A stretch of 64,000 nt of DNA from an uncultured Ruminococcus sp. (GCA_964630695.1 CAZVYZ010000004.1:2787-66786); one strand, 5' to 3'. Positions 46,727-57,635 are shown, counted from the first letter of the stretch. The notes: generated by a model from the sequence alone, not told the origin. A program made the numbers and translations.

Positions 46727-47563
46727 ATGAAGCAACGAATCATCACGGCGATTGTCGCCTTTTTCGTCCTGTTGCCCGTCCTGATTTTTTCCGATACGTT
46801 CATTTTCCCGCTGGGGCTTGCCGCCTGTGCGGTTCTCTCGGTCTGGGAAATGTTCGCCTGCGTCGGGCTGAAAAACGCATGGCTGTTTACCGTGCCGATG
46901 TATGCCATCGGTGCGGCGTTCCCGTTTCTCATCCGCTATTTGCAGGATAGCGGGTTGCTTGCCCCGATTGCAATCTGTGCGGCGGTGGTCTGGGCACTGT
47001 ATGCCTTTACGGTCCTGATTTTTTCGCACGGCAAATATCCGCTTGAGGCAGTGTTCGTCGCATCGTTCAGCCTCCTGTATATTTTTGTCGGCTTCAATGC
47101 GATTCTCTTTATTCACGACTGCGAGCCGGGAGGAAAGTACCTTTACTATATCTGTTTCCTCGGCGCGTGGATTACCGACATTTTCGCGTACTTCTGCGGT
47201 CGCGCATTTGGGAAGCACAAACTCATCCCCGATGTCAGCCCGAAAAAAACCGTGGAGGGGAGCGTGGGCGGAACCGTTTTCTGCATTCTTGTCATGGTGA
47301 TTTTCGGATTCGTGGTGGAAAAACTGGTGCCGCAGATTACCGCAAATCTCCTGATTTTCGCGGTTGCGGGCGTTCTGGTTGCCGTTGTGTCGCAAATCGG
47401 GGACCTTTCCATGTCGGTCATCAAGCGCAAATACGGCGTCAAGGATTACGGCTTCATTTTCCCCGGACACGGCGGGGTGTTGGACCGCTTCGATTCGGTC
47501 ATCGCAGTGTCGGCTCTTTTGTTGGTGTTCTCCCTTTTCTTCAACTTTTTTGAATTGGCATGA
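46727..47563 (+). CDS. cdsA: Phosphatidate cytidylyltransferase
   Basis: The protein has multiple transmembrane segments, a C-terminal signature SVIKRKYGVKDYGFIFPGHGGVLDRFDS, and conserved operon context. Confidence 0.9.
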   Translation: MKQRIITAIVAFFVLLPVLIFSDTFIFPLGLAACAVLSVWEMFACVGLKNAWLFTVPMYAIGAAFPFLIRYLQDSGLLAPIAICAAVVWALYAFTVLIFSHGKYPLEAVFVASFSLLYIFVGFNAILFIHDCEPGGKYLYYICFLGAWITDIFAYFCGRAFGKHKLIPDVSPKKTVEGSVGGTVFCILVMVIFGFVVEKLVPQITANLLIFAVAGVLVAVVSQIGDLSMSVIKRKYGVKDYGFIFPGHGGVLDRFDSVIAVSALLLVFSLFFNFFELA

Positions 47564-48744
47564 AAGAAACGAATCCGATTTATCCGTCCGTTACCGTTCT
47601 CGGTTCCACAGGCTCCGTAGGGGAGCAGGCTGTGGACGTTGCCCGTCGGACGGGGGCAAAAATCAATGCCCTTTGCGCAGAAAAAAATGCGCGGCGGGTG
47701 GAAGAACAGGTGCGGGAATTCCACGTTCCCGTCTGCGCTATGGCGGACGAAGCCGCGGCACGCGACCTGCGGGAGCGGCTCGCCGATACCTCCGTGCGGG
47801 TTCTTTCAGGCTTGGACGGTATCTGTGAACTGATTGCCGAACCGCACGCAGGCGATGAGGTCGTGCTGAATTCCATCATCGGGGAAGCAGGACTGCGCCC
47901 GACCTTGGCGGTTCTGTCCGCGGGAAAGCGTCTGGCACTCGCAAACAAGGAGTCGCTTGTCTGCGCAGGGGAAATCGTCATGAAACTGGCAGAACAAAAA
48001 GGGCAGATTATCCTGCCGGTTGACAGCGAACACAGCGCCATCTTCCAATGCCTGCGGGCAGGGGACCCGAAGCAAATCAAAAAGATTCTCCTGACGGCTT
48101 CGGGCGGTCCGTTTTACGGTTATTCCAAAGACCGCCTCGCCGACATTACCGTGGAGCGTGCATTGGCACACCCGACGTGGAAAATGGGTGCCAAGATCAC
48201 GATTGACAGTGCCACGCTGATGAACAAGGGCTTTGAAGTCATTGAAGCGGTGCATCTGTTCGGGGTCACGCCGCAGCAGGTGGAGGTGCTGGTCCACCGC
48301 GAAAGCATAATCCATTCGGCGGTCGAATATACTGATAACAGCGTAATCGCGCAGATGTCGGTCCCCGATATGCGGCTTTGTGTGCAGTACGCGCTGACGC
48401 ATCCCGCAAGAGCAGAAGCGGTCATTCCCGAACTCGACCTGTTCCAAGCGGGAAAACTGACCTTTGCGCGTCCCGACACCGAAACCTTTCCGTTGCTTGC
48501 GCTTGCGCGTTCGGCAATTGCCTCGGGCGGAGCGGTCCCCGCAGTCCTGAACGCCGCAAACGAAGTTGCCGTGGCGGCATTTCTCGAAAAAAGACTTGGG
48601 TTCACGGGAATTGCGGAGGTTGTGACCGAGACCGTAGAGCGTTTGCGCGCACCGGCAAGCCGCGCGGAAACGGTGGAGGACATCTTTGCTTTTGACGCAA
48701 ACGCAAGAGCCGTTGCGAACGAATTACCCGCTTTGCGGACCTGA
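47560..48744 (+). CDS. dxr: 1-deoxy-D-xylulose 5-phosphate reductoisomerase
   Basis: LGSTGSVG, LANKESLV and DSEHSAIFQC motifs are present. Confidence 0.92.
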   Translation: MKETNPIYPSVTVLGSTGSVGEQAVDVARRTGAKINALCAEKNARRVEEQVREFHVPVCAMADEAAARDLRERLADTSVRVLSGLDGICELIAEPHAGDEVVLNSIIGEAGLRPTLAVLSAGKRLALANKESLVCAGEIVMKLAEQKGQIILPVDSEHSAIFQCLRAGDPKQIKKILLTASGGPFYGYSKDRLADITVERALAHPTWKMGAKITIDSATLMNKGFEVIEAVHLFGVTPQQVEVLVHRESIIHSAVEYTDNSVIAQMSVPDMRLCVQYALTHPARAEAVIPELDLFQAGKLTFARPDTETFPLLALARSAIASGGAVPAVLNAANEVAVAAFLEKRLGFTGIAEVVTETVERLRAPASRAETVEDIFAFDANARAVANELPALRT

Positions 48745-48770
48745 AGCAGAGCGTTTTTAGGAGGATACCC

Positions 48771-49916
48771 GTGATAGTCCTGTATATTTTGCTGGCAATT
48801 TTCATTTTCGGCTTTCTGATTTTCATCCATGAATTGGGGCATTTCCTGGTCGCGCGGGCGTGCGGCGTGAAGATTCTGGAATTCGCCATCGGCATGGGGC
48901 CGCGCATTCTTTCGCACCGTTCCAAGAAAAGCGGCACGGTCTATGCGCTCCGTGTGCTTCCTATCGGAGGCTTTGTCAGTATGCTCGGTGAGAGCGGAAT
49001 GGAACTCGCGCAGGGAAATGAGAGCGGGGAAACCGTGGTCGAGGACCCGAACAATCCGCTTCTCAATGACATCAAGCCGGCTGACGACGAAGCGGAAGCA
49101 GTCTCTCCCGAGGATGAAAAACACGCGTATTGCAATCAGAACGTCTGGAAACGAATCCTCATTTCGCTTGCGGGACCCGCGATGAATATTCTGCTCGGGT
49201 TCCTCCTCATGTTCATTATGGTCGGTTCCATGGGGCGGCACGGCTACCTCGGCAACACCGTGATTGCGGGCTTTCCCGAAGGAAATATCAGCCAAAGCTC
49301 AGGGCTGATGGTGGGGGATGAAGTCCTCAAAATCGGAAAAGCACCGGTTCATACGCTTTATCAGTTAAACTACGAAATCACCTCGCAGGGTTACAAAAAG
49401 GTAGATGTCACGGTTCGGCGGAACGGCGAAAAAGTGGTGGTGAAAGACGTCATTTTCCCGACCGGTGTGCAGAGTAAGACCGTGTTCGGACAAATGGATT
49501 TTCAGGTATACGGCGAGAAACTGACACCCGCAAAACTGGTCAAGCACAGTTTCTGGCAATCCTGTTCGGCGGTCAAAATGGTATATGACTCGCTGTTCGG
49601 GCTGATTGGCGGTCGCTATTCGGCGGACAGCGTTTCGGGTCCCGTCGGCATTACGGGGACCATCGCGCAGGCGGCGAAAAGCAGCGCCATGGACGTTCTG
49701 CATCTGATTATCGTCATCTCCATCAACCTCGGTATCATGAATCTGTTGCCGCTTCCCGCGTTGGACGGCGGACACATCCTGCTTTATGTGGTAGAAGTGA
49801 TTCGCGGCAAAAAAGTCAAGCCACAGGTGGAGGGAATCATCAATTTCGTCGGTCTGATTGTGTTGCTGGCACTGATGGCGGTTGTTATGGCAAAGGATAT
49901 TATCGCGCTGTTCTGA
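48771..49916 (+). CDS. rseP: RIP metalloprotease RseP (site-2 protease)
   Basis: HELGHF, a central PDZ-like region and NLLPLPALDGG are present. The GTG start follows AGGAGG. Confidence 0.88.
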   Translation: MIVLYILLAIFIFGFLIFIHELGHFLVARACGVKILEFAIGMGPRILSHRSKKSGTVYALRVLPIGGFVSMLGESGMELAQGNESGETVVEDPNNPLLNDIKPADDEAEAVSPEDEKHAYCNQNVWKRILISLAGPAMNILLGFLLMFIMVGSMGRHGYLGNTVIAGFPEGNISQSSGLMVGDEVLKIGKAPVHTLYQLNYEITSQGYKKVDVTVRRNGEKVVVKDVIFPTGVQSKTVFGQMDFQVYGEKLTPAKLVKHSFWQSCSAVKMVYDSLFGLIGGRYSADSVSGPVGITGTIAQAAKSSAMDVLHLIIVISINLGIMNLLPLPALDGGHILLYVVEVIRGKKVKPQVEGIINFVGLIVLLALMAVVMAKDIIALF

Positions 49917-49926
49917 GGGAAACGAC

Positions 49927-51021
49927 ATGGAATATAACAAAATCAGAAGAAAAACACCGTCGGTCCGGGTCGGAAACCGCGTTATCGGAGGGAATTCACC
50001 GATTGCGATTCAGTCCATGACCAACACCGACACCTACGACCACGCCGCAACGCTGGCGCAGGTCCGCGCTCTGGAAGCGGCGGGCTGTGACATCGTTCGC
50101 GTAACGGTCCCGACCCCCGAGGCGGCGGATATTATCCTCGCCCTGCGTGAAGCGGGCGTGACGGTCCCGATTGTCGCGGACATTCACTTTGATTACAAGG
50201 CGGCTCTGCGTTGCGCGGAGTTGGGCTTTGATAAAATCCGCATCAACCCCGGCAACATCGGCGGGGAGGACCGTGTGCGGGCGGTCGCCGAGGCTTGCGG
50301 CACACGGAACATCCCAATCCGCATCGGTGTCAACGGCGGGTCGTTGGAAAAGCATATCTTGGCAAAGTACGGCGCGCCGACTCCCGAGGCGCTTTGCGAA
50401 AGCGCGCTGTACCATGCGTCGCTTCTGGAAAAATTTGATTTTCGCAACATCGTCCTCTCCATCAAGACTTCAACCGTGCATGACATGATTGAAGCAAACC
50501 GCCGTCTGGCTGCACTCTGCCCGTATCCGCTCCACCTCGGCGTGACTGAAGCGGGCGGCGGAGAGCGGGGACTGCTCAAAGGTGCCATCGGAATCGGCTC
50601 GCTCCTTTCGGACGGTATCGGAGACACCGTGCGGGTTTCGCTGACCGATGACCCCGTTCGCGAGGTTGCGGCGGCAAAGCAGATTCTGCGCGCGGTCGGT
50701 ATCGACGGTCAGCGGGGCTTGGATATTATCAGTTGCCCCACCTGCGGGCGGACCAAGATTGACCTGATTCCGCTCTCCCGCCGCTTTGAGGACGCGGTGC
50801 GCGAGGAGGGACTGGAGGATCTGCCTCTGCGCGTGGCACTGATGGGATGCGTGGTCAACGGTCCCGGGGAGGCGCGCGAGGCAGACGTCGGCGTTGCGGG
50901 CGGCATTCACGAAGCCGTCCTGTTCCGCCACGGGGAGATTGTGGAGAAAATTCCGGAAGACGAGATTATTCCGCGTCTGATTGCGGAAATCAAGAAAATG
51001 GGGACCGGTCGGCATGAGTAA
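49927..51021 (+). CDS. ispG: 4-hydroxy-3-methylbut-2-enyl diphosphate synthase
   Basis: IAIQSMTNTDT, RINPGNIG and SCPTCGR motifs are present. Confidence 0.92.
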   Translation: MEYNKIRRKTPSVRVGNRVIGGNSPIAIQSMTNTDTYDHAATLAQVRALEAAGCDIVRVTVPTPEAADIILALREAGVTVPIVADIHFDYKAALRCAELGFDKIRINPGNIGGEDRVRAVAEACGTRNIPIRIGVNGGSLEKHILAKYGAPTPEALCESALYHASLLEKFDFRNIVLSIKTSTVHDMIEANRRLAALCPYPLHLGVTEAGGGERGLLKGAIGIGSLLSDGIGDTVRVSLTDDPVREVAAAKQILRAVGIDGQRGLDIISCPTCGRTKIDLIPLSRRFEDAVREEGLEDLPLRVALMGCVVNGPGEAREADVGVAGGIHEAVLFRHGEIVEKIPEDEIIPRLIAEIKKMGTGRHE

Positions 51022-54000
51022 AACTTTACCCGAAATCTTTTCCAAATACCATGCGGACGAGCCTGACCTCGGGCTGATGCTGTCCGCCGACCCGAATTCG
51101 ATTCGTCTGCGCTGTGATAAAGACCAACGGATTATCGAAATCCACGCCGATTTCGCCAATCCGATTCGCCGCGGGGACTTGTTCCGAATCGAAGCGGGCA
51201 TTCGGAAAGCGTATGAGTTGAACTTCGTACGCTTTCTTCCGCATTACCCGAACGCTACCTTTACCGAGGCTTACGTGCCGGATTTGCTTGCGGAAACCAA
51301 TCGCATGGGCATTGTGGCAAACGGCTTTTTCAACCGTTGCCATTACCGCCTTGACGGAAACCGATTGGATATTGAAATTCCGTTCTCCGACAGCGGCGTG
51401 GACCTTGTGACCAACGCCAAGACCCCCGCGCTGATGGAGGAAATCATCCGGAACGAATTCGATGCGGAAATCAAAATCAACATCCGACGGGAGGAGGGGT
51501 ACGACCCGAGTCTGTATGCTTCCGACCTGCAGACCATGCAGAACGCCATGTCGCATGAGGCGGCGCAGGCGCAAAAGGAATACGTGCGGATGCAAAGCCA
51601 ACAGGCAGCATATCAGGGCGGTCCCGCCGTGCAGGAGACCGCTGTTTTGCCGCGCATTCCGAGCATCTATACCGACATTGACCCGACCCCGCGCAAAATA
51701 TCTGAAAATGTTTGGGAAATCGGGCATTCGCAATTCGATGTCAGCGAACCGAAAGTCCTGTTCGGCAACGCTTTTGAGATTACGCCCACTGCAATCGCGA
51801 CGGTCAGTCACCCGCAGAAAAACATTGTCTTTCTCGGCGACGTGTTCAACTTTACCGCCGAGGAAAACCGCACGGGCGACAAAATGGACGTTACGTTTGA
51901 CCTCTTCGACGGGAACAGTTCCATCGAACACCGCACGTTCGGTATGGAAATCGAGGATGCGAAATCACTCTCCGCGATTGTCAAAAACGGCGGGACCTAT
52001 GCCATGCGCGGATACGTCAAACAGGTTACACGCAAGGGAAAGACCGACCTTGACTACAGTTTCTTCTATACCGACATCATGCAGATTTCCAAAATCACGC
52101 GCAAAGATACGGCAGAAAAGAAGCGCGTGGAACTGCACCTCCACACCACGATGTCGACCATGGACGCGCTGATTCCGCCCGATGTGGCGGTGAAAACCGC
52201 GCTGAAATGGGGACATCCCGCAGTGGCAATCACTGACCACGGCAACGTGCAGGGCTTTCCGGACGCCATGCTGGCGCTGGAAAAGGCAGCAGGGGAGGAC
52301 AACCCGTTCAAGGTTCTTTACGGAATCGAGGCGTACTTCGTCAACGACACCGCAAGCGCCGTGATGGGAAACTGCAACCCCGACTTCAACGCCGAAACGA
52401 TTGTGTTTGATATTGAAACCACGGGTCTTTCGGTCCGGAACTGCAAAATCACCGAAATCGGTGCCGTCAAAATCAAGGACGGAAAGGTCCTTGACCGTTT
52501 CAATACGTTTGTCAATCCCGAATGCCCGATTCCGCCCGATATTGTGGAACTGACGGGCATTACCGATGAAATGGTTGCCGACGCACCGCTTGTTGCCGAC
52601 GCACTGAAATCCTTTTTCGCTTTCATCGGAAACGACCGCGTAAAGGAGGGCGAGCCGTATCCGCTTCTCGTCGCGCATAATGCCAACTTCGATATCGGCT
52701 TTATCCGCTACTTTGCCAAAGAAGCGGGACTGCCGTTTGAAAATCCGTATCTGGATACGGTCGGACTTTCAAAATTCATCAATCCCGAATTGAAATCACA
52801 CAAACTGGATGTGGTTGCCAAATACTACGACCTCGGCGACTTCAACCATCACCGTGCCTGCGACGATGCGGAAATGCTGGCAATGATTTATTTCTGCATG
52901 ATTGACCGTCTGCAAAAGATGGAGTTGAAGTCTCTGACCGATTTGCGCCGCGATATGACCGAAAAAGCGGACCCGCTGAAACTGCCGACCTACCATCAGA
53001 TTATTCTGGTCAGGAATCAGGTCGGGCTGAAGAACCTCTACAAACTGATTTCCTACAGTTATCTGAACTATTTCCGCCGCTACCCGCGGATTCCGAAAAC
53101 CGTCCTGGAAAAGCACCGCGAGGGCTTGATTATCGGCTCGGCATGCGAGGCAGGTGAACTGATGCGGGCGATTCTGGAAAACCGTCCCGACAACGAGATT
53201 GAGGAGATTGTCAACTTTTACGACTATCTGGAGATTCAGCCCATCTGCAACAACCGCTTCCTGATTGCCGAGGGAAAAGTGGCGGACGACGAGGGTCTGC
53301 GCGACCTGAACCGACGGGTCGTTGCACTTGGCGAGCAATACAACAAACCGGTTTGCGCCACCTGCGACGCGCATTTTCTCAACAAGGAGGACGAGTTGTT
53401 CCGCAAGATTCTGCTTGCGGGCATGAAGTTCAAAGACTACGACAAAGACGTCGGTCTGTATTTCCGTACAACCGACGAAATGTTGGAGGAATTTGCTTAC
53501 CTCGGAGCGGATAAGGCTTACGAGGTCGTGGTCACCAACACCAACCGGATTGCGGATATGATTGAGCGCGTCCGCCCGATTCCGAAAGGCTCCTATACCC
53601 CAGAAATGGAGGGCGCAGAACAGGAATTGCAGGATATGTGCTGGGCGAGAGCCAAAAAGATGTATGGCGACCCGCTTCCGGAAATTGTAACCGCAAGACT
53701 GAACAAGGAACTGACCTCTATCATCAAAAACGGCTTTGCCGTGCTGTACCTGATTGCGCAGAGATTGGTCCATTTCAGCGAAGAGCAGGGGTATCTGGTC
53801 GGTTCGCGCGGTTCTGTCGGCTCCTCGTTCGTCGCAACCATGGCGGGTATTTCCGAGGTCAACCCTCTGCCGCCGCATTACTACTGCCCGAACCCGAACT
53901 GCAAACACAGCGAATTCTTCACCACGGGCGAAGTCGGCTCGGGCTTTGACCTGCCCGACAAGATGTGTCCGATGTGCGGCACCAAGTACCATGCCGACGG

Positions 54001-55474
54001 ACACGACATCATGTTTGAAACGTTTCTCGGCTTCTACGGCGACAAATCCCCCGATATTGACCTGAACTTTTCCGGAGACGTGCAGGGCCGCGTCCACAAA
54101 TACACCGAGGAACTGTTCGGAGAGGGACACGTGTTCCGAGCGGGAACGCTCGGAACGCTTGCGGACAAGACCGCTTACGGTTACGTTGCAAAGTACATCG
54201 AGCAGAAAGGGGTCAGTCTGCCGCGCGCCGAAATGAACCGTCTGGTCAACGGCTGTACGGGCGTCAAGAAACTGACGGGACAGCACCCCGGCGGTATCAT
54301 TGTGGTCCCGCAGAAATACGAGGTTTACGACTTCACGCCGGTTCAGCATCCCGCCGATGACCCGAACTCCGACATCATCACCACGCACTTCGCGTTCTCT
54401 TATCTCCACGACACCATTCTGAAACTGGACGAACTCGGACACGATATGCCGACCAAATACAAGTGGCTGGAAACGTTCACCAACACCTCGGTCAACGACG
54501 TTGCAATGAATGACAGTTCGGTTTATGAACTGTTGGAATCCACCAAGCCGCTCGGCGTGACGCCAGAGGACATCGGATGCCAGATTGGGACCTACGGTCT
54601 GCCGGAGTTGGGAACGCCGTTTGTACAGCAGGTTCTGATTGACGCAAAACCGCATAACTTTGCGGACCTCCTCCAGATTTCGGGGCTGACGCACGGGACC
54701 AACGTGTGGCTGAACAACGCGCAGGACCTCATCAAGGACGGCACCTGTGACATTTCCCGCGTCATCGGGACCCGTGACGGCGTTATGTTGGACCTCATCC
54801 GTTACGGACTGGAAAACGCACACGCATTCAAAATCATGGAGGCAGTCCGAAAAGGAAAAGGGCTGACCCCCGAGTGGGAAGCCGAAATGCGGGAGCACAA
54901 TGTTCCGGAATGGTACATCCTCTCCTGCAAAAAGATTCGCTATCTGTTCCCGAAAGCACACGCGGCGGCATACGTCATGTCGGCAATCCGTCTGGCATGG
55001 TACAAGGTTCACAAGCCCGTGGAATTCTATTGCACCATGTTCACGGTCGCGCCGAAGGGCTTTGACGCAAGCGTCATCATCAAGGGCATTCAGAACGTCC
55101 GCGCGGTTATGAAAGACATCCAACAGCGCGGCAAGGACGCGTCTCCGAAGGAGCAGGACAGCATTCCCGTGCTCCAGTTGGTCAACGAAGCCATGTCGCG
55201 CGGAATCCGCTTCCTGCCCGTGAGCCTTGCGGTATCGGAAGCCTATGTGTTCCGCCCCGAAAACGGAGCCATCCGAATGCCGTTCTCGGCGCTCCCGGGG
55301 CTTGGCGACGCGGCGGCGGACAGCATCATTCAGGCGCGAAACGAAGAGCCGTTCTTCTCGGTGGAGGACCTCCAGACCCGCGCAAAGGTCTCCAAAGGCG
55401 TGATTGACATCCTGCGGGAGGCGGGCGCGCTTGACGACGTGGACGAAACCGACCAGTTGACCATGAAATTCTGA
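51014..55474 (+). CDS. polC: DNA polymerase III PolC-type (about 1486 aa)
   Basis: The PHP domain (VELHLHTTMS), an inserted 3'-5' exonuclease (VFDIETTGLS...HRACDDA), a Zn module CPNPNCKHSEF...CPMCG and the polymerase core are present. Confidence 0.93.
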   Translation: MSKTLPEIFSKYHADEPDLGLMLSADPNSIRLRCDKDQRIIEIHADFANPIRRGDLFRIEAGIRKAYELNFVRFLPHYPNATFTEAYVPDLLAETNRMGIVANGFFNRCHYRLDGNRLDIEIPFSDSGVDLVTNAKTPALMEEIIRNEFDAEIKINIRREEGYDPSLYASDLQTMQNAMSHEAAQAQKEYVRMQSQQAAYQGGPAVQETAVLPRIPSIYTDIDPTPRKISENVWEIGHSQFDVSEPKVLFGNAFEITPTAIATVSHPQKNIVFLGDVFNFTAEENRTGDKMDVTFDLFDGNSSIEHRTFGMEIEDAKSLSAIVKNGGTYAMRGYVKQVTRKGKTDLDYSFFYTDIMQISKITRKDTAEKKRVELHLHTTMSTMDALIPPDVAVKTALKWGHPAVAITDHGNVQGFPDAMLALEKAAGEDNPFKVLYGIEAYFVNDTASAVMGNCNPDFNAETIVFDIETTGLSVRNCKITEIGAVKIKDGKVLDRFNTFVNPECPIPPDIVELTGITDEMVADAPLVADALKSFFAFIGNDRVKEGEPYPLLVAHNANFDIGFIRYFAKEAGLPFENPYLDTVGLSKFINPELKSHKLDVVAKYYDLGDFNHHRACDDAEMLAMIYFCMIDRLQKMELKSLTDLRRDMTEKADPLKLPTYHQIILVRNQVGLKNLYKLISYSYLNYFRRYPRIPKTVLEKHREGLIIGSACEAGELMRAILENRPDNEIEEIVNFYDYLEIQPICNNRFLIAEGKVADDEGLRDLNRRVVALGEQYNKPVCATCDAHFLNKEDELFRKILLAGMKFKDYDKDVGLYFRTTDEMLEEFAYLGADKAYEVVVTNTNRIADMIERVRPIPKGSYTPEMEGAEQELQDMCWARAKKMYGDPLPEIVTARLNKELTSIIKNGFAVLYLIAQRLVHFSEEQGYLVGSRGSVGSSFVATMAGISEVNPLPPHYYCPNPNCKHSEFFTTGEVGSGFDLPDKMCPMCGTKYHADGHDIMFETFLGFYGDKSPDIDLNFSGDVQGRVHKYTEELFGEGHVFRAGTLGTLADKTAYGYVAKYIEQKGVSLPRAEMNRLVNGCTGVKKLTGQHPGGIIVVPQKYEVYDFTPVQHPADDPNSDIITTHFAFSYLHDTILKLDELGHDMPTKYKWLETFTNTSVNDVAMNDSSVYELLESTKPLGVTPEDIGCQIGTYGLPELGTPFVQQVLIDAKPHNFADLLQISGLTHGTNVWLNNAQDLIKDGTCDISRVIGTRDGVMLDLIRYGLENAHAFKIMEAVRKGKGLTPEWEAEMREHNVPEWYILSCKKIRYLFPKAHAAAYVMSAIRLAWYKVHKPVEFYCTMFTVAPKGFDASVIIKGIQNVRAVMKDIQQRGKDASPKEQDSIPVLQLVNEAMSRGIRFLPVSLAVSEAYVFRPENGAIRMPFSALPGLGDAAADSIIQARNEEPFFSVEDLQTRAKVSKGVIDILREAGALDDVDETDQLTMKF

Positions 55475-55530
55475 CAAAGCCTGCAAGTCTACAGCCGATT
55501 GAATTGGAAATTACGCAGAAAGGAAAAAAT

Positions 55531-55722
55531 ATGAAACGGATACGATTAACAGTCCTTGTGTTCATTCTATGCTTCGCGTTTTTTCCCGGGTGTGCAAGTA
55601 ATCATACCATCGTGACTTTGAATGATAACGAATATCCGAGCGGTTGGACGCCGCAGTTTGAGGTAACGGCAATCAATGTTGTATCCGAGGAAGCGCGGAA
55701 CAACACAACGCCGACAAACTGA
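55531..55722 (+). CDS. Small putative lipoprotein (63 aa)
   Basis: The signal peptide MKRIRLTVLVFILCFAFFPGC carries a lipobox Cys. Confidence 0.5.
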   Translation: MKRIRLTVLVFILCFAFFPGCASNHTIVTLNDNEYPSGWTPQFEVTAINVVSEEARNNTTPTN

Positions 55723-55730
55723 CAATTTAC

Positions 55731-55772
55731 AAAAAGCAAGGCGACACCCGATCGGGTGTCGCCTTGCTTTTT
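55731..55772. terminator. Bidirectional intrinsic terminator
   Basis: A 14-bp stem GCAAGGCGACACCC/GGGTGTCGCCTTGC is flanked by A5 and T5 runs. Confidence 0.85.
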
Positions 55773-55797
55773 GCGATAGAATTTGTTTGCTATCGGT

Positions 55798-56223
55798 TTA
55801 TTTCAGATTTTCCATCACACGGTCGACCCACGCAAACGCGGCGGTCTTTTCCTCATCCTTGAGTTTGGTTCCGAAAATCGGGAATCCGCCGTCGATGTAA
55901 AGGACCTCGTCCACTACGTTGGTTCCCGCTTCGGTCAGAATCTCTTTGAGTTTCTTTGCAACCGCTTCATCACCGTCAATCATCAGTGCAACATTCTGTG
56001 CGCGGACCTTGGTCAGTTCCTTGCAGAACAGGCGGACCGTGTCGTTGATTTCCTTTTTGGCGGAGATTGCCAACAGGACGATGCGCTCCTTGTCGCAGGG
56101 ATATGCGGGCGGGATAACGTCAACTGCGTTGAATGCCAACGAATAGTGGTCCTTGATTTCGTTTGCGAGATTCAGGACTTTTTTCTTTCCGGACCCGCAG
56201 AGAACTCTCATTTTGATAGCCAT
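55798..56223 (-). CDS. Hypothetical protein (141 aa) with alternating beta/alpha character (flavodoxin-like guess only)
   Basis: This is a monocistronic ORF between a terminator and a divergent promoter region. No canonical FMN-binding loop is visible. Confidence 0.45.
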   Translation of the reverse strand: MAIKMRVLCGSGKKKVLNLANEIKDHYSLAFNAVDVIPPAYPCDKERIVLLAISAKKEINDTVRLFCKELTKVRAQNVALMIDGDEAVAKKLKEILTEAGTNVVDEVLYIDGGFPIFGTKLKDEEKTAAFAWVDRVMENLK

Positions 56224-56402
56224 TTTTCATTCCTCCGTATGGATATTTCGGTATCATCTGTATTATTATACCATATTTTCTCGCAAAATGGAATAGCAAA
56301 TCAAGAATTTTTTCAAATTTGGAACTCTTTTTTATAAGTCGACCGCCCACGGGTATATTTTTGTCTCCGTTCTCATACGCTGATTATCGGAAAGGGGTGG
56401 AA

Positions 56403-57635
56403 ATGATGAAACACACACTCAAAAAATCGGTTGCCGCTCTTCTGGCAATTCTCATCCTGATGTCCGGCACACTGCAGACAGTCTTTGCCGAAGAAACCGC
56501 TGTGCCGACTTCCGCCGAACCGACCGATGGGGTCGCAACGGAAAAGGTCCTGTCGGACCTCGGCGTGGAAGAGGGCAGTCTCGAATTGCCCTGCAAAAGC
56601 GCGATTCTGATGGAGGCAACGACGGGAGCGGTTCTCTACACGCAGAATGCGGAGGAATCCATGCCGCCCGCATCGGTGACGAAAGTCATGACACTTCTGC
56701 TCCTGATGGAAGCAATCGACACAGGGGTCATTCACCTCGACGACAAGGTAACGGTCTCCGCAAATGCGGCATCCATGGGCGGCTCGCAGGTCTACCTGAA
56801 AGAGGGCGAGCAGATGAAGTTGGAGGACCTGCTCAAATCGGTCGTGATTGCCTCTGCAAACGACGCGGCGGTTGCGCTTGCGGAATATCTGTACGGAAGC
56901 GTGCAGGCATTCGTCGGCAAGATGAACGAGCGCGCCAAGCAACTCGGCATGACCGGAACCACGTTTGAGAACGTTACGGGTCTGGATGACACTGCCGAGC
57001 ATCATGTGACCAGTGCGCAGGATATTGCAATCATGTCCCGAGCGCTGATTGCGCACCCGACCATTCTGCAATACAGTTCCATCTGGATGGATACCATCCG
57101 TGACGGCGCTTTCGGACTGACCAACACCAACCGTCTCGTGCGCTTTTACCCGGGCTGTACGGGACTGAAAACCGGCTCTACATCAAAAGCGGGCTTCTGT
57201 ATCAGCGTCACGGCGGAGCGGGACGGCTTTTCACTGATTTGCGTAATTATGGGTGCGGAATCGCGGGATGTCCGGAATGCTTCGGCGGTGTCGCTTCTCG
57301 ACTGGGGCTTCGCAAATTACGGACTCTTTCATGCCGAGGGCGGCGATACGGAAACGGTTCCGGTCACCGGTGGCGTCAAAAACAGTTGTTCCCTCCGATA
57401 CGATGGCTTTTCGGTGGTCCTGCCAAAGGCGCAGATTGCGGGTGTGGAGCAACGAATTATGAAACCGGAAGCGGTTGCCGCTCCGATTGAAAAAGGGAAT
57501 GCCATCGGCTCGGTCGGGTACTACGTAGACGGCAAAGCGGTCGGGCAGGTCCCGCTGACGGCAGGGGAGGAGATAGAGAAAATCGGCTTCTTTGACATTA
57601 TCGGCAGAATGGTGGCGCGATTCCTGTTGATATAA
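56403..57635 (+). CDS. Serine-type D-Ala-D-Ala carboxypeptidase (PBP5 family)
   Basis: A signal peptide and the SVTK, SAND and KTGST active-site triad motifs are present. The start was chosen at MMKHTLKK. Confidence 0.88.
   Translation: MMKHTLKKSVAALLAILILMSGTLQTVFAEETAVPTSAEPTDGVATEKVLSDLGVEEGSLELPCKSAILMEATTGAVLYTQNAEESMPPASVTKVMTLLLLMEAIDTGVIHLDDKVTVSANAASMGGSQVYLKEGEQMKLEDLLKSVVIASANDAAVALAEYLYGSVQAFVGKMNERAKQLGMTGTTFENVTGLDDTAEHHVTSAQDIAIMSRALIAHPTILQYSSIWMDTIRDGAFGLTNTNRLVRFYPGCTGLKTGSTSKAGFCISVTAERDGFSLICVIMGAESRDVRNASAVSLLDWGFANYGLFHAEGGDTETVPVTGGVKNSCSLRYDGFSVVLPKAQIAGVEQRIMKPEAVAAPIEKGNAIGSVGYYVDGKAVGQVPLTAGEEIEKIGFFDIIGRMVARFLLI

Noticed and set aside
52796-55486. An 896-aa ORF on the minus strand. 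Similar long antisense ORFs occur at 28498..29691, 29791..30804, 33056..34291, 35428..36708, 37541..38863 and 23072..24607.
   Set aside because: All lie antisense to genes with unambiguous family motifs (polC, adhE, hydS, hydA, ffh, proB/proA). Their striking length reflects codon bias, not coding capacity.
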